A stretch of 64,000 nt of DNA from Gemmatimonadota bacterium (GTDB taxonomy: Bacteria; Gemmatimonadota; Gemmatimonadetes; Gemmatimonadales; GWC2-71-9): NCBI GenBank assembly GCA_043744895.1, contig JAYTTT010000185.1, forward strand, positions 60,563 to 124,562, written 5' to 3'. The position numbers were made by a program, and so were the translations under genes. Position 1 is the first letter of the stretch. Each line of letters begins with the position of its first letter. The notes under the pieces are model-generated. The model ran no database searches. It had not been told where the DNA came from and saw nothing but the letters and a program-made list of their open reading frames with translations. This document shows, one piece after another, positions 1-8,806 of this stretch.

Positions 1-84
1 GCCCCGAAGCCACGCCAGGATTGGCCGGGACTCCGGGAGCCCCGTGCGAGACACCACGACGATGGTGAGGCGAGGCTCGCTCAT
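1..84 (-). CDS. partial CDS (N-terminus only), possible glycosyltransferase
   Basis: Not in the ORF track because it runs off the window. The minus-strand ATG at 84..82 overlaps the TGA (83..81) of the upstream gene (ATGA junction). It reads MSEPRLTIVVVSRTGLPESRPILAWLRG, which resembles a GT2-type N-terminal beta strand. Only 28 codons are visible. Confidence 0.3.
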   Translation of the reverse strand, partial: MSEPRLTIVVVSRTGLPESRPILAWLRG

Positions 85-1097
85 CGGCTTGATTCGCTGT
101 CGACTGGGTCCAACAAGGCCACCAGGGCAGCGACCTCGGGACGGGTCAGCGGCCGGCCTCCCAAGCGCTCACGAATCAGAAACTCGTCGTCATCCACGAA
201 CGGAAAGTCTTCCCGGGCTCCGCGGAGGTACGACCCAGCCTCACCAAGGGCTTGCAGCAGAGCGTAACACCAGATCGTAGCGACTAACGGCAGGTCGCGC
301 CGGATCTCGCCGGCCGAGGGGAGTTTCGTCCAGGCGTTCTTGGCGATCGGAACGCTCAAGGCCGCCGCCGCCGCCGTGTAGAGGGCGCGCCGCCAGACCG
401 GCCAGTTGGCGGAGCGGGTACCGCCGTAGCGGCGGCCGCTTTGGTACGACATGGCGGCGAACTGGGGCCAGGTGGCCTCGTTGATGTGCCACTTCACAAG
501 GGCGGGCTCGAAATAGAGGGTATGGCCCTGGGTTCGGAGGGCTCGATGGAGTCGGCGCTCATCGGCCAGCAGGTCCTCGAGCGTCTCGAGCTCCGCGGGC
601 AGGACCTCCCTCCGGAACGAGCTGTTGTGCAGAGCGATTTCGTCCACCGGCCCCGGCGGCCCCGAACGGGGAAACTGTCCATATCCGAAGGCGTGCATCG
701 TCTGGCTCAATCGGCTCTCGGGGTTGGCGTTCCCGACCGCGGGGCCAACACCCGCCCACCCCTGGGCGTGGCTCGCCACCACCCGCTCGCCCCAGTGCGA
801 GGTCGGGAAGCAATGATTCTCGGTCAGCGCGACGATCGGCGCCGTGGCGGCCAGCACGGCCGGTGCGGCGGCCCGGCCTCGGTTGGTCACGGGGCCAACT
901 TCGACGACTCGCACCGAGTGAAAGCCCGCCGGATCCGGCGGGCCGAAGGCGGCGGTTCCGGGCGGCGCGGCAATCACCAGCTCGATCCGGTCGGCAATGG
1001 TCTGGCTCCGGAGCGCGGCGACGATCGGTCGGAGCGTCCGGTGGTGGTCGCGAGTCACGGCCACCACACTCAGCGCGGGCTCGGGCTGCAACGCCAT
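81..1097 (-). CDS. glycosyltransferase family 2-like protein
   Basis: ORF 81..1424 trimmed to the ATG at 1097, which overlaps the stop of the upstream flippase (TGATG). The N-terminus ALSVVAVTRDHHRTLRPIVAALRSQT...IELVIAAP has GT2 Rossmann-like architecture. The upstream 109 aa of the ORF are Arg/Pro/Gly-rich and lie out of frame over the flippase gene. Confidence 0.65.
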   Translation of the reverse strand: MALQPEPALSVVAVTRDHHRTLRPIVAALRSQTIADRIELVIAAPPGTAAFGPPDPAGFHSVRVVEVGPVTNRGRAAAPAVLAATAPIVALTENHCFPTSHWGERVVASHAQGWAGVGPAVGNANPESRLSQTMHAFGYGQFPRSGPPGPVDEIALHNSSFRREVLPAELETLEDLLADERRLHRALRTQGHTLYFEPALVKWHINEATWPQFAAMSYQSGRRYGGTRSANWPVWRRALYTAAAAALSVPIAKNAWTKLPSAGEIRRDLPLVATIWCYALLQALGEAGSYLRGAREDFPFVDDDEFLIRERLGGRPLTRPEVAALVALLDPVDSESSR

Positions 1098-2551
1098 CAG
1101 GCCGTCCTTCGATTGGGGGTGAAGCCGATGAACTGGGCGAGAAGCTGTCGAACTTCCCGCACCGACGCCAGCCTGACGGCGATCAAGATGGTGCCGGTAA
1201 CCAGGGCGCCCACCAGAATATCGATGGGCGACGGGATGCCCGCTCGCGCGGCGACCTGGGTGCTCAGGTAGCCGGCGGTTGCCCCGCCTACCATCCGGGC
1301 CAGGTCGAGAATGCGCGCCGGCAGGTGGTGGAAGCCGTCGAATACCTGGGCGATCATGGCTGCCAAAATCGCAGCGGCCGCGGTGGCCCACGCCGCGCCC
1401 AGCGCGCCATACCTGGGAATCCACGCGGCTTGGAGCGCCAGAGCGGCGAGTAACATGGGAATGGCTGCGACGAGCGGACGAGCGAACCGGCCCCCGGCGA
1501 CTTGGTGGGCGGCCAGCACCGAGAGAACGAGGCCGGCGCCACCGCCGATGCCGAGCCAGCCCAGAATCGGGCCCGAGGAGGCGAAGCCCGACCCAAACAA
1601 GAGCACGACCAACCGCGGTGCGCCGGCTGTCGCCGGCCCCGCCAGCGCCCAGATCGCGAGGGCAAGCCTCGCGGATCCGCTCTTGAGGACCGCGACGTCG
1701 CCGGGGGCGTTGGCCAGTTCCGCCCGGCGGAGCGCCGCGATGACGAGGGGGCTCAGCACAAACGCCAAGAGTCCGGGAGCCTGGGCGACGTTCTGGGCCG
1801 CGCCATAGAGGCCAATGTCGTCAGCCGGTGCCCGCAGGACACTGAGCATCAGGAGATCGACGCGACTGAAGAGGTGGAGGCAAAGGGCGTAGCCGAAGAT
1901 GGCCCCGATTTGCGCTCGGGCCCCGTCGAGCCACCCTGGGACCGTTCCGCGGATTGGCACTCGGACCCAGGTCCGATACACCATCAGCTCCAGGGCCCGA
2001 GCGCCGAGATTGGCGAGGATGACGCCGAGCAAGGACCAACCCGCGCCGACGAGGGCCAAGACCAAGGCCACTCGGGCGAGCTGAAAAACCAGGGTGGCGA
2101 GGGCCGGGCCCGAATAGCGCCCCTTGGCGATCAGGGCATCTCGATGGGTTCGCGCCACCGGCATGAGGCCGATTTCGGCCGCGGCGACCCAGAGCAGCGG
2201 CGCCAGGTCCGGAGAACCGAGGCCGGCCGCCAACCAGGGGACCAAGGCGCAAAACCCGAGCATGGCCCCGATGCCTAACAGGATGTTGGCCCGCAGCAGG
2301 GAGGCCGCGGTCGCGTTCCAGTCCCGCGCCTCGGTCAGCAGGGAAACGCCGACTCGGCCCGCAAACGTGGCGGACGCGAGCCAGACCACCGGTGAAAGGA
2401 CGGCGTACACCAGTGACAACCGGCCGTAGTCGGAGACGCCGAGGTGGCGGGTCAGGAACGCCGCGGTCACGAGCCCCGCGGGAAAGGCCGTGGCCTCGGC
2501 GACGAATCCGAAGAGCGTCGCGCGGGCGATTCCGGGCCGGGCATGGCTCAT
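1097..2551 (-). CDS. polysaccharide/oligosaccharide flippase (MOP superfamily, Wzx-like)
   Basis: 484 aa, roughly 12-14 hydrophobic segments along the whole length. The N-terminus IARATLFGFVAEATAFPAGLVTAAFLTRHLGVSDYGRLSLVY is typical of polysaccharide biosynthesis/flippase proteins. The start forms an ATGA overlap with the GT4 stop at 2548-2551. Confidence 0.7.
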   Translation of the reverse strand: MSHARPGIARATLFGFVAEATAFPAGLVTAAFLTRHLGVSDYGRLSLVYAVLSPVVWLASATFAGRVGVSLLTEARDWNATAASLLRANILLGIGAMLGFCALVPWLAAGLGSPDLAPLLWVAAAEIGLMPVARTHRDALIAKGRYSGPALATLVFQLARVALVLALVGAGWSLLGVILANLGARALELMVYRTWVRVPIRGTVPGWLDGARAQIGAIFGYALCLHLFSRVDLLMLSVLRAPADDIGLYGAAQNVAQAPGLLAFVLSPLVIAALRRAELANAPGDVAVLKSGSARLALAIWALAGPATAGAPRLVVLLFGSGFASSGPILGWLGIGGGAGLVLSVLAAHQVAGGRFARPLVAAIPMLLAALALQAAWIPRYGALGAAWATAAAAILAAMIAQVFDGFHHLPARILDLARMVGGATAGYLSTQVAARAGIPSPIDILVGALVTGTILIAVRLASVREVRQLLAQFIGFTPNRRTA

Positions 2552-3762
2552 GCGCCTTGCCTTGGGCCGGCCGGCTCCAGGACGCTCTGATAGAGCGCGA
2601 CCAACCGATCGGTCATCAGGTCGATGCCGAATCCCGCGACGGCGGACTGCCGGGCCGCTTCCGCCACCGAAGCCCGGCCGGCCGAGTTGCCTAACGCTTC
2701 GGTGAGGCAGCGGCTCAGCGCGCCGGAATCGCCCGGGGCCACCAGGTAGCCGGTCCGGCCGTCGTCGATGAGTTCCGGGGAGGCACCCACGGCGCTGGCC
2801 ACGACCGGGGTGCCCCGCGCCATGGCCTCCACGGTCACCAGTCCGTAGGGTTCCGACCAGAGCGACGGCACCACCTGAATGGTAACGGCCTCAAACCGGC
2901 GCTGGAGTTCCTCCCGAGGGACGTGGCCGAGGAACTCGACTCGGTCACCAAGGCAGAGGCGCCGGGCTTGGGCCTCGAGCCGGGCCCGATCGGGTCCCTC
3001 GCCAGCAATCCAGAGCCGCACGCGCGCCAGATGGGGAGGCAGTTGGGCCACCGCGTCCACCAGCACCGCGACCCCTTTTTCAGGCAGGAGCCGCCCGGCA
3101 AAGCCGAGGAGCAGCGGATCGGTGGATTGCCGGCGCATCGGGGGGACCACGACCCCATGCGGCACGACGGCATCGACGGGGAACCCGTGCCGTTCGAGCA
3201 TCGCGGCCAGGGCCCGGCTCGGGCTGACCACCAGGTCCACGGCGTTTCGCCATCGGCGAAGCAGGGCCAGTTGGACCAGTCGGGGCGCCAGGCCGCGGAT
3301 CCCGAAGCACCCTTCGCGCAAGCACGCGAGGCCGACTGGATGAGGACAAAGCCGGCCGTCGGGAAGGGACCGGGTCCCCTTCGGACAGACCAGGCGGAAC
3401 TCGTTGACGTTCCAGATCACCGGTCGGCTCTGGACCACGGGAAGGATCGCGGGGGACGCCTGGGTCAGGATCATTCCGAGGTGGACGACCTGGGGGGCAA
3501 ACTCCCTCACGGTCCGGCGCGCGACTCGCACCGCATCGAGATTCACGGTTTCGCGGAGGGCGCGGAGGTTTCCGGTCGAACCGCGAAACGGATAGTCGGG
3601 GGCCGAATCCTGATCGAAGGGATCGGCGGTGCTCGCCATCAGCCGAGCGTCGATGCCCCGATTCCGGAGCGCGGTCCGCAGGTCTTGGATGACGAGTTCC
3701 GCGCCGCCGCGGGTGCCGGCGTAGTCGTGAATGAGGAGGACTCGTTCGAGGGGAGCGGCCAT
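2548..3762 (-). CDS. glycosyltransferase family 4 (GT-B, retaining)
   Basis: C-terminal EX7E-type motif region EPYGLVTVEAMARGTPVVASAVGASPELIDDGRTGYLV. The start was trimmed to ATG 3762 (MAAPLERVLLIHDYAG), 7 nt after the upstream stop. The longer ORF start at 3843 would overlap the preceding gene. Confidence 0.85.
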   Translation of the reverse strand: MAAPLERVLLIHDYAGTRGGAELVIQDLRTALRNRGIDARLMASTADPFDQDSAPDYPFRGSTGNLRALRETVNLDAVRVARRTVREFAPQVVHLGMILTQASPAILPVVQSRPVIWNVNEFRLVCPKGTRSLPDGRLCPHPVGLACLREGCFGIRGLAPRLVQLALLRRWRNAVDLVVSPSRALAAMLERHGFPVDAVVPHGVVVPPMRRQSTDPLLLGFAGRLLPEKGVAVLVDAVAQLPPHLARVRLWIAGEGPDRARLEAQARRLCLGDRVEFLGHVPREELQRRFEAVTIQVVPSLWSEPYGLVTVEAMARGTPVVASAVGASPELIDDGRTGYLVAPGDSGALSRCLTEALGNSAGRASVAEAARQSAVAGFGIDLMTDRLVALYQSVLEPAGPRQGA

Positions 3763-3769
3763 CAGGGTG

Positions 3770-4828
3770 CTACTGATCCTCCGCGACCGGCACCGACCGG
3801 CCACCGGACCGGGCCGACGTCTCCGCGGCGGTGATGACGGCAAGGGTTCGCAGTCCGTCCGAAAGATCGGGGCCGGACGGAATCCCGCGTTGGATACCGT
3901 CGAGGAACGCTTCGATCGTGGCGCGAAACGACGGCTCGGATCCGGGCGAGCGAAGGAGCCGGGCGGGATGCAGGTCGCCGAGGGCCCGACGGGCCCGGAT
4001 CAGTCGCGCGCCCCGTCCGGGAGCCCGCTCCACCGGACGGGGCCGCCCGTCGAGCAGATCAACCCGAAGGACGCCCTTGGTCCCGACGAGATCCAACCGG
4101 TTGACCGGGGCGCCCGCGGCCGAGGACCCTTGGAGCTGAGCGATCACGCCGTCGTCGGTCACCAACTGGAGCGCGGCGGTGTCGTCCGGGTACCGAATCG
4201 AACGGAGCGTGCCCTGAGCTTCGACGATTCGGCGCCCCGAGAAGGCGGCGACCAGATCGACATGGTGGGACACGAGGTCGAGGAGTGCCCCGCCGCCCAT
4301 TCCGGATTGGGAGCGCCACCCCCCGACTCGCTCCGCCGCCCAGTGAAAGCTCCCTTGCACGGCGACGAGGGCTCCCAACTCGCCTGACTGGAGCGTCCGG
4401 AGCGCCGATTCAACGATCGGATTGCGGCGGAAGTTGTAGCCGATCGCGCCGGCCGTCCCCGCCTCGCGCCAGGCCGCCACGACGCGGCGGCCCTCGTCCC
4501 AGGTCAGCGCAATGGGCTTCTCGAGGAAGACGTGCTTCCCGGCGGCAAACGCCTGGCACGCCGCCTCCGCATGAAGCGGGGTGGGAAGCGCGACGATGAC
4601 CGCACCGATTTCGGGATCGGCCAGCAACGTTTCCCATCGGTCATGAAGGCGCACGCCCGGAGCCCGGGTTCCGAGCCACGTTCTCCTCGCCGGGTCGGCG
4701 TCGGCGGCCGCGATCAAACGGCCGGCTTGCGAACCGAGCAGCGAGGGTAGGTGAGCGATCTCAGCGATCCAGCCACAGCCTACCAAGCCCACCGCGACCG
4801 GCTTGGATCTCTGGGAGTTCATCGGCAT
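3770..4828 (-). CDS. Gfo/Idh/MocA family NAD(P)-dependent oxidoreductase
   Basis: N-terminal Rossmann motif VAVGLVGCGWIAEIAHLPSL, an EKP motif (VFLEKPIALT), and a 352 aa length typical of the family. Confidence 0.85.
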   Translation of the reverse strand: MPMNSQRSKPVAVGLVGCGWIAEIAHLPSLLGSQAGRLIAAADADPARRTWLGTRAPGVRLHDRWETLLADPEIGAVIVALPTPLHAEAACQAFAAGKHVFLEKPIALTWDEGRRVVAAWREAGTAGAIGYNFRRNPIVESALRTLQSGELGALVAVQGSFHWAAERVGGWRSQSGMGGGALLDLVSHHVDLVAAFSGRRIVEAQGTLRSIRYPDDTAALQLVTDDGVIAQLQGSSAAGAPVNRLDLVGTKGVLRVDLLDGRPRPVERAPGRGARLIRARRALGDLHPARLLRSPGSEPSFRATIEAFLDGIQRGIPSGPDLSDGLRTLAVITAAETSARSGGRSVPVAEDQ

Positions 4829-4957
4829 CTATTCCGGTCACAGTGGTTTCGAATCGGCGGGCACCGGCCCACCGGGCCTTGAATCTACCGGTATGCTTGT
4901 CGGGTAGCGCCTCCCAGGTTTGATGGTCATTGGGGGCGTCGACAATCGGCTGGCCGG

Positions 4958-6823
4958 CTAATGACTGAGCTGGGCCAACTCTTCGTCGGAGATTGGGCGG
5001 CCTAACGATCTTGCTATTAGGGCATCGGACCGCGCCGGGCCCGGTTGGCCATACTTCGCGTAGATCCGGGCTCGATAGTAGTAGGGCGCCGGGGACCTCG
5101 GCTGCAGCTGGATGGCGACGGTGAAGTCATCGAACGCTTTGGACCAGTTGCCGGCGGACCAATAGGCATTGCCGCGGTTGAGGCGGACTGGAAAATTGTC
5201 ACCGGACTTGAGGGCTTCGGTGTAGTCGGCGATGGCCAGGTCCCACCGCCGCATCCCGAGATAGAGGTTGCCCCGATTGTACCACGCTTCCGGATACGAC
5301 GGCCGAAGCTTCAACGCCTCTGAATAGTCCTTGAGCGCCCGCGCCGGCATCCCGATCGCCTCGTACGCCGTGCCCCGGTTGAGATAGGTATCGACGAGCT
5401 TGGGGTTGAGCCGCTCCGCTTCGTTGTAGTCGGCGATGGCCGCCTGATAGTTGCCCAGCTGGGCGTGGGCCACACCGCGGTTGAGCCAAGCCGGGGAAAG
5501 CTTGGGACGGGCGGCGATCGCTTTCGAGAAGAGGGACGCGGCCGTCGCGGCATCGCCTTTGGCCGAAAGGTAGTGCAAGCCGAGGTTATTAAAGGCGCGG
5601 GGATCCGGGTATTTGGCCGACGAGTCCTCCCAGAGCGAGGCACTGTCGTGCCAGACCTTCACCCGCTGGAATGTCGCCACCCAGCACGCCACCAGGACTA
5701 AGGCCGCCAGGCCGTTAAACGCCAGTTGTCGCGGGGCCTTCGGCTCTCGCGCCAGGTAGCCGTCGAGCCATGATACCAACGCGAAGAACAGGCCGACGTA
5801 CGGGACATAGGTGTACCGGTCGGCTGGGATCGTCAGCCCGATCGGCAGAATCTGGCTCACTGGGAAAAGCGTGACGAGGAAGAACAACAGCCCGAAGATG
5901 GCGGGCTTGGAGTGCCGGACGACGCGGTAGGCCGCCACTCCGAGCATGGTGAGGATGAGCGGCGCCCAGACAAAGAGCCAGGCGGGAAGGTCGCCCAACT
6001 GCCGGGGCTCGGGATACAGGGCCGCCAAGCGGACGGGGGCGACCAGCTTGATGAGATAGAACATCAGGTTTTCGAATGCCGATTGGAGGGTGCCGAGGCC
6101 GGAGGACGAAGACGCCCCACCTGTGGCCCTGGGGTCGTAGTGCCCCACCATGGCGATGGCGGCGAACCCCAGGGACAGAGCGAAGTGCGGCAATTTCTCG
6201 AGGATGGCCGCTCGATCAATCCTCCGCGCCAGGAACCAGTCCAGCAGCAGCAGCATCGCCGGCAGGGTTACCGCCATGGACTTGGAGAGCAGCGAAAGCC
6301 CAAAGAACCCCAGACCGAGCCAATAGAGCGAGCGTTGTTTGCGCTGGACGTAGTAGGTGTAGCTGAGCAGCGCCGCCCAAAAAAACGCGGCGTAGAGCAC
6401 GTCCTTCCGTTCCGAGATCCAGGCCACCGATTCGACGTGCATGGGATGAAACCCGAACAAGGCCGCGGTGACGAACCCAACCCGCTGATTCTGGGTCAGG
6501 GCACTGAACAAGCAGAAGACGAGCGCCGTGCTGACGAGGTGAATGGCGAGACTGGTCAGGTGAAAGGCCGTGGCGTTGAGGCCGAATAGCCGGTTGTCGA
6601 TGGCGTACGACGCCAAGACCAGCGGATGGTAGTGCTTCTCGGTAAAGGTCGTGAAGAAGGTGACCCAGTGGGACCACGACAGCCCGGTGATCCGGGGGTT
6701 CTGGGTGACCATGACCGGGTCGTCCCAGTTGGTGAAACCGGCGCTCAGGATCGGGTAGAACGCGAGGAACGTTGCGAGGACCAGGACTGCGACCTGTACG
6801 CCTGCCCTGGCGCGCGGCTTCAT
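4958..6823 (-). CDS. TMTC-like polytopic membrane glycosyltransferase with C-terminal TPR repeats
   Basis: 621 aa. The N-terminal roughly 400 aa are multi-pass membrane, with FTNWDDPVMVTQNPRI in the first loop (TMTC/DUF1736-type WDD motif). The C-terminal roughly 200 aa carry about 6 TPR units (AWLNRGVAHAQLGNYQAAIADYNEA..., AWYNRGNLYLGMRRWDLAIADYTEA...). Confidence 0.7.
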   Translation of the reverse strand: MKPRARAGVQVAVLVLATFLAFYPILSAGFTNWDDPVMVTQNPRITGLSWSHWVTFFTTFTEKHYHPLVLASYAIDNRLFGLNATAFHLTSLAIHLVSTALVFCLFSALTQNQRVGFVTAALFGFHPMHVESVAWISERKDVLYAAFFWAALLSYTYYVQRKQRSLYWLGLGFFGLSLLSKSMAVTLPAMLLLLDWFLARRIDRAAILEKLPHFALSLGFAAIAMVGHYDPRATGGASSSSGLGTLQSAFENLMFYLIKLVAPVRLAALYPEPRQLGDLPAWLFVWAPLILTMLGVAAYRVVRHSKPAIFGLLFFLVTLFPVSQILPIGLTIPADRYTYVPYVGLFFALVSWLDGYLAREPKAPRQLAFNGLAALVLVACWVATFQRVKVWHDSASLWEDSSAKYPDPRAFNNLGLHYLSAKGDAATAASLFSKAIAARPKLSPAWLNRGVAHAQLGNYQAAIADYNEAERLNPKLVDTYLNRGTAYEAIGMPARALKDYSEALKLRPSYPEAWYNRGNLYLGMRRWDLAIADYTEALKSGDNFPVRLNRGNAYWSAGNWSKAFDDFTVAIQLQPRSPAPYYYRARIYAKYGQPGPARSDALIARSLGRPISDEELAQLSH

Positions 6824-7018
6824 AGTGGTTCAGCCTCTCTTGATCGGCATTGCCTAAGGTAGGCTCGGCGGTCGAGGACGGGCAACTCGTGGGCCATGAA
6901 TCCGACGACTGTGGGCCGGGTCGCAAGGGCGGGACGCGACGCGCTCACCTGTTCCGGCAACTTCGCTCGGTGACATGGCCCGCTTCGGGTGAAGGCCCTT
7001 CAGATTAACTTGGTAAAC

Positions 7019-8806
7019 ATGCGCCTAATCATTGCAGGCCTCGGCCTCCTAACGGTGGGGTTGACCCCTCCCGCCCCGCTCCCAGTCGTAACCGGAATCG
7101 AGTACCAACTCACCTTTACCAAGGCCACCGCCGCAACCCGAAGTATCGGCGTTTCGATGCGATTCCAGTCGGCCGCCCCCGGGCCCGTCGAGCTGTCCCT
7201 CCCCGCCTGGACCCCCGGCGCCTACGAGATCAGCAACTATGCCCGGCGGGTTTCGTCCTTCACGGCCGCCCAAGGCGCGACCGCCCTTCGGTGGGACAAG
7301 ACCGATTTTGACACCTGGCGGGTTCAGGTGCCGGCCTCCGGCGCCGTGACCGTGGCATTCAACTTTGCCGCCGACACCCTCGACAACGCCATGGCGTGGT
7401 CCCGGGCCGATTTTGCCTTCGTCAACGGGACCAACGTTTTCCTCTACCCCGAGGGCGCCGGACTCGACTTCCCGGCCACCCTAACGGTCGCAACGGAGGC
7501 GGACTGGAGTGTGGCGACCGGTCTCACTTCGACCGGCCCCCGTCGCTACGCCGCCACCAATTTCCACGATCTCGTGGATATGCCGTTCTTCATCGGCCGG
7601 TTCGATGTCGACAGTGCCCCGGTTGGCGGCGTCATGAATCGGATTGCCTCGTATCCGGTCGGCATGTTGGCCGGGCCGCCTCGCGCGCTGCTCTGGAAAC
7701 AGTTGGGCACGATGGTCCCCGCGATGGCCAAGGTCTTCGGCGAAACGCCGTGGCCCTCCTATACGACGCTGCTGGTCTTCGACTCCGCATATGCCGGGGG
7801 CAGTGCCCTCGAGCACCAGAATTCCCACCTCGGTATCTACAGCCCCAATTTCGTCGGGACCCCGATTCTGGCCTCGATCACCGCCCACGAAATCTTCCAC
7901 GGTTGGAATGTCAAACGGCTTCGGCCGGCGGAGATGGTTCCGTACCGCTACGACCGTCCCCAGCCGACGACGCTGCTGTGGGTCAGCGAAGGGATCACTG
8001 ACTACTACGCCGATCTCGCGCTGGTTCGTGGCAACGTCATCGATTCGACCATTTTCCTGAACCTGACCCAGGGCAAGATCGATGAAGTCGCGGCAGCCCC
8101 GCCGGTCGCGCTCGAAGACGCCTCGCTGTCCACCTGGATTCAACCGACTGACGGCACGGCCACGATCTACTACCCCAAGGGATCGTTGGCTGGTCTACTG
8201 CTTGATATCCTGATCCGCGACGCGAGCGACAACCGCGCCTCCCTCGATGACGTGATGCGCACCCTGTATCGGGTCGCGGTGCCGGCCGGTCGCGGCTTCA
8301 CGGTCGATGACTGGTGGGCCACCGTTAATAAGCTGGCCGGCCGCGATCTCGCGGCCGACGTCGCCCCTCGGTTCATCGATGGCCGAGATCCGTTCCCCTG
8401 GTCACGAGTCGCCCCGTTAGCCGGACTTCGCTACGCGGTGGACAGCATGTCCGAACCCCGGCTCGGCGTCGGAACCACGACCGTCGATGGCCACGAAATC
8501 GTGTCGACCGTGACGCCGGGTGCGGCAGCCGCACTGGCCGGAGTAGAGCCCGGGGACGAGTTGCTCAGCATCGGTGACCTCAAAGTCGATCCGGGCTTCG
8601 GCCCCGCCTTCCGAGCCCGTTACCGAAACCAGATCGGCGCCACGGTGCCGGTGACGGTTCGCCGCGCCGACAAAACCCTGACGCTGTCGCTCGTGGTTCG
8701 AGCCGAACTCCGAGTCGAGGGCCGGCTCGTGTTCGACCGTCGCCCGTCTCTCAAGGCTGCCCGAATTCGCCACGCGATTCTGAGCGGCACCACCGACCGT
8801 CCATGA
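7019..8806 (+). CDS. M61 family glycyl aminopeptidase with C-terminal PDZ domain
   Basis: Zinc motif SITAHEIFHGWNVKRL (HExxH). C-terminal PDZ-like segment GVEPGDELLSIGDLKV. Start placed at ATG 7019 (MRLIIAGLGLLTV signal-like); the ORF track begins at GTG 6989. Confidence 0.85.
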   Translation: MRLIIAGLGLLTVGLTPPAPLPVVTGIEYQLTFTKATAATRSIGVSMRFQSAAPGPVELSLPAWTPGAYEISNYARRVSSFTAAQGATALRWDKTDFDTWRVQVPASGAVTVAFNFAADTLDNAMAWSRADFAFVNGTNVFLYPEGAGLDFPATLTVATEADWSVATGLTSTGPRRYAATNFHDLVDMPFFIGRFDVDSAPVGGVMNRIASYPVGMLAGPPRALLWKQLGTMVPAMAKVFGETPWPSYTTLLVFDSAYAGGSALEHQNSHLGIYSPNFVGTPILASITAHEIFHGWNVKRLRPAEMVPYRYDRPQPTTLLWVSEGITDYYADLALVRGNVIDSTIFLNLTQGKIDEVAAAPPVALEDASLSTWIQPTDGTATIYYPKGSLAGLLLDILIRDASDNRASLDDVMRTLYRVAVPAGRGFTVDDWWATVNKLAGRDLAADVAPRFIDGRDPFPWSRVAPLAGLRYAVDSMSEPRLGVGTTTVDGHEIVSTVTPGAAAALAGVEPGDELLSIGDLKVDPGFGPAFRARYRNQIGATVPVTVRRADKTLTLSLVVRAELRVEGRLVFDRRPSLKAARIRHAILSGTTDRP

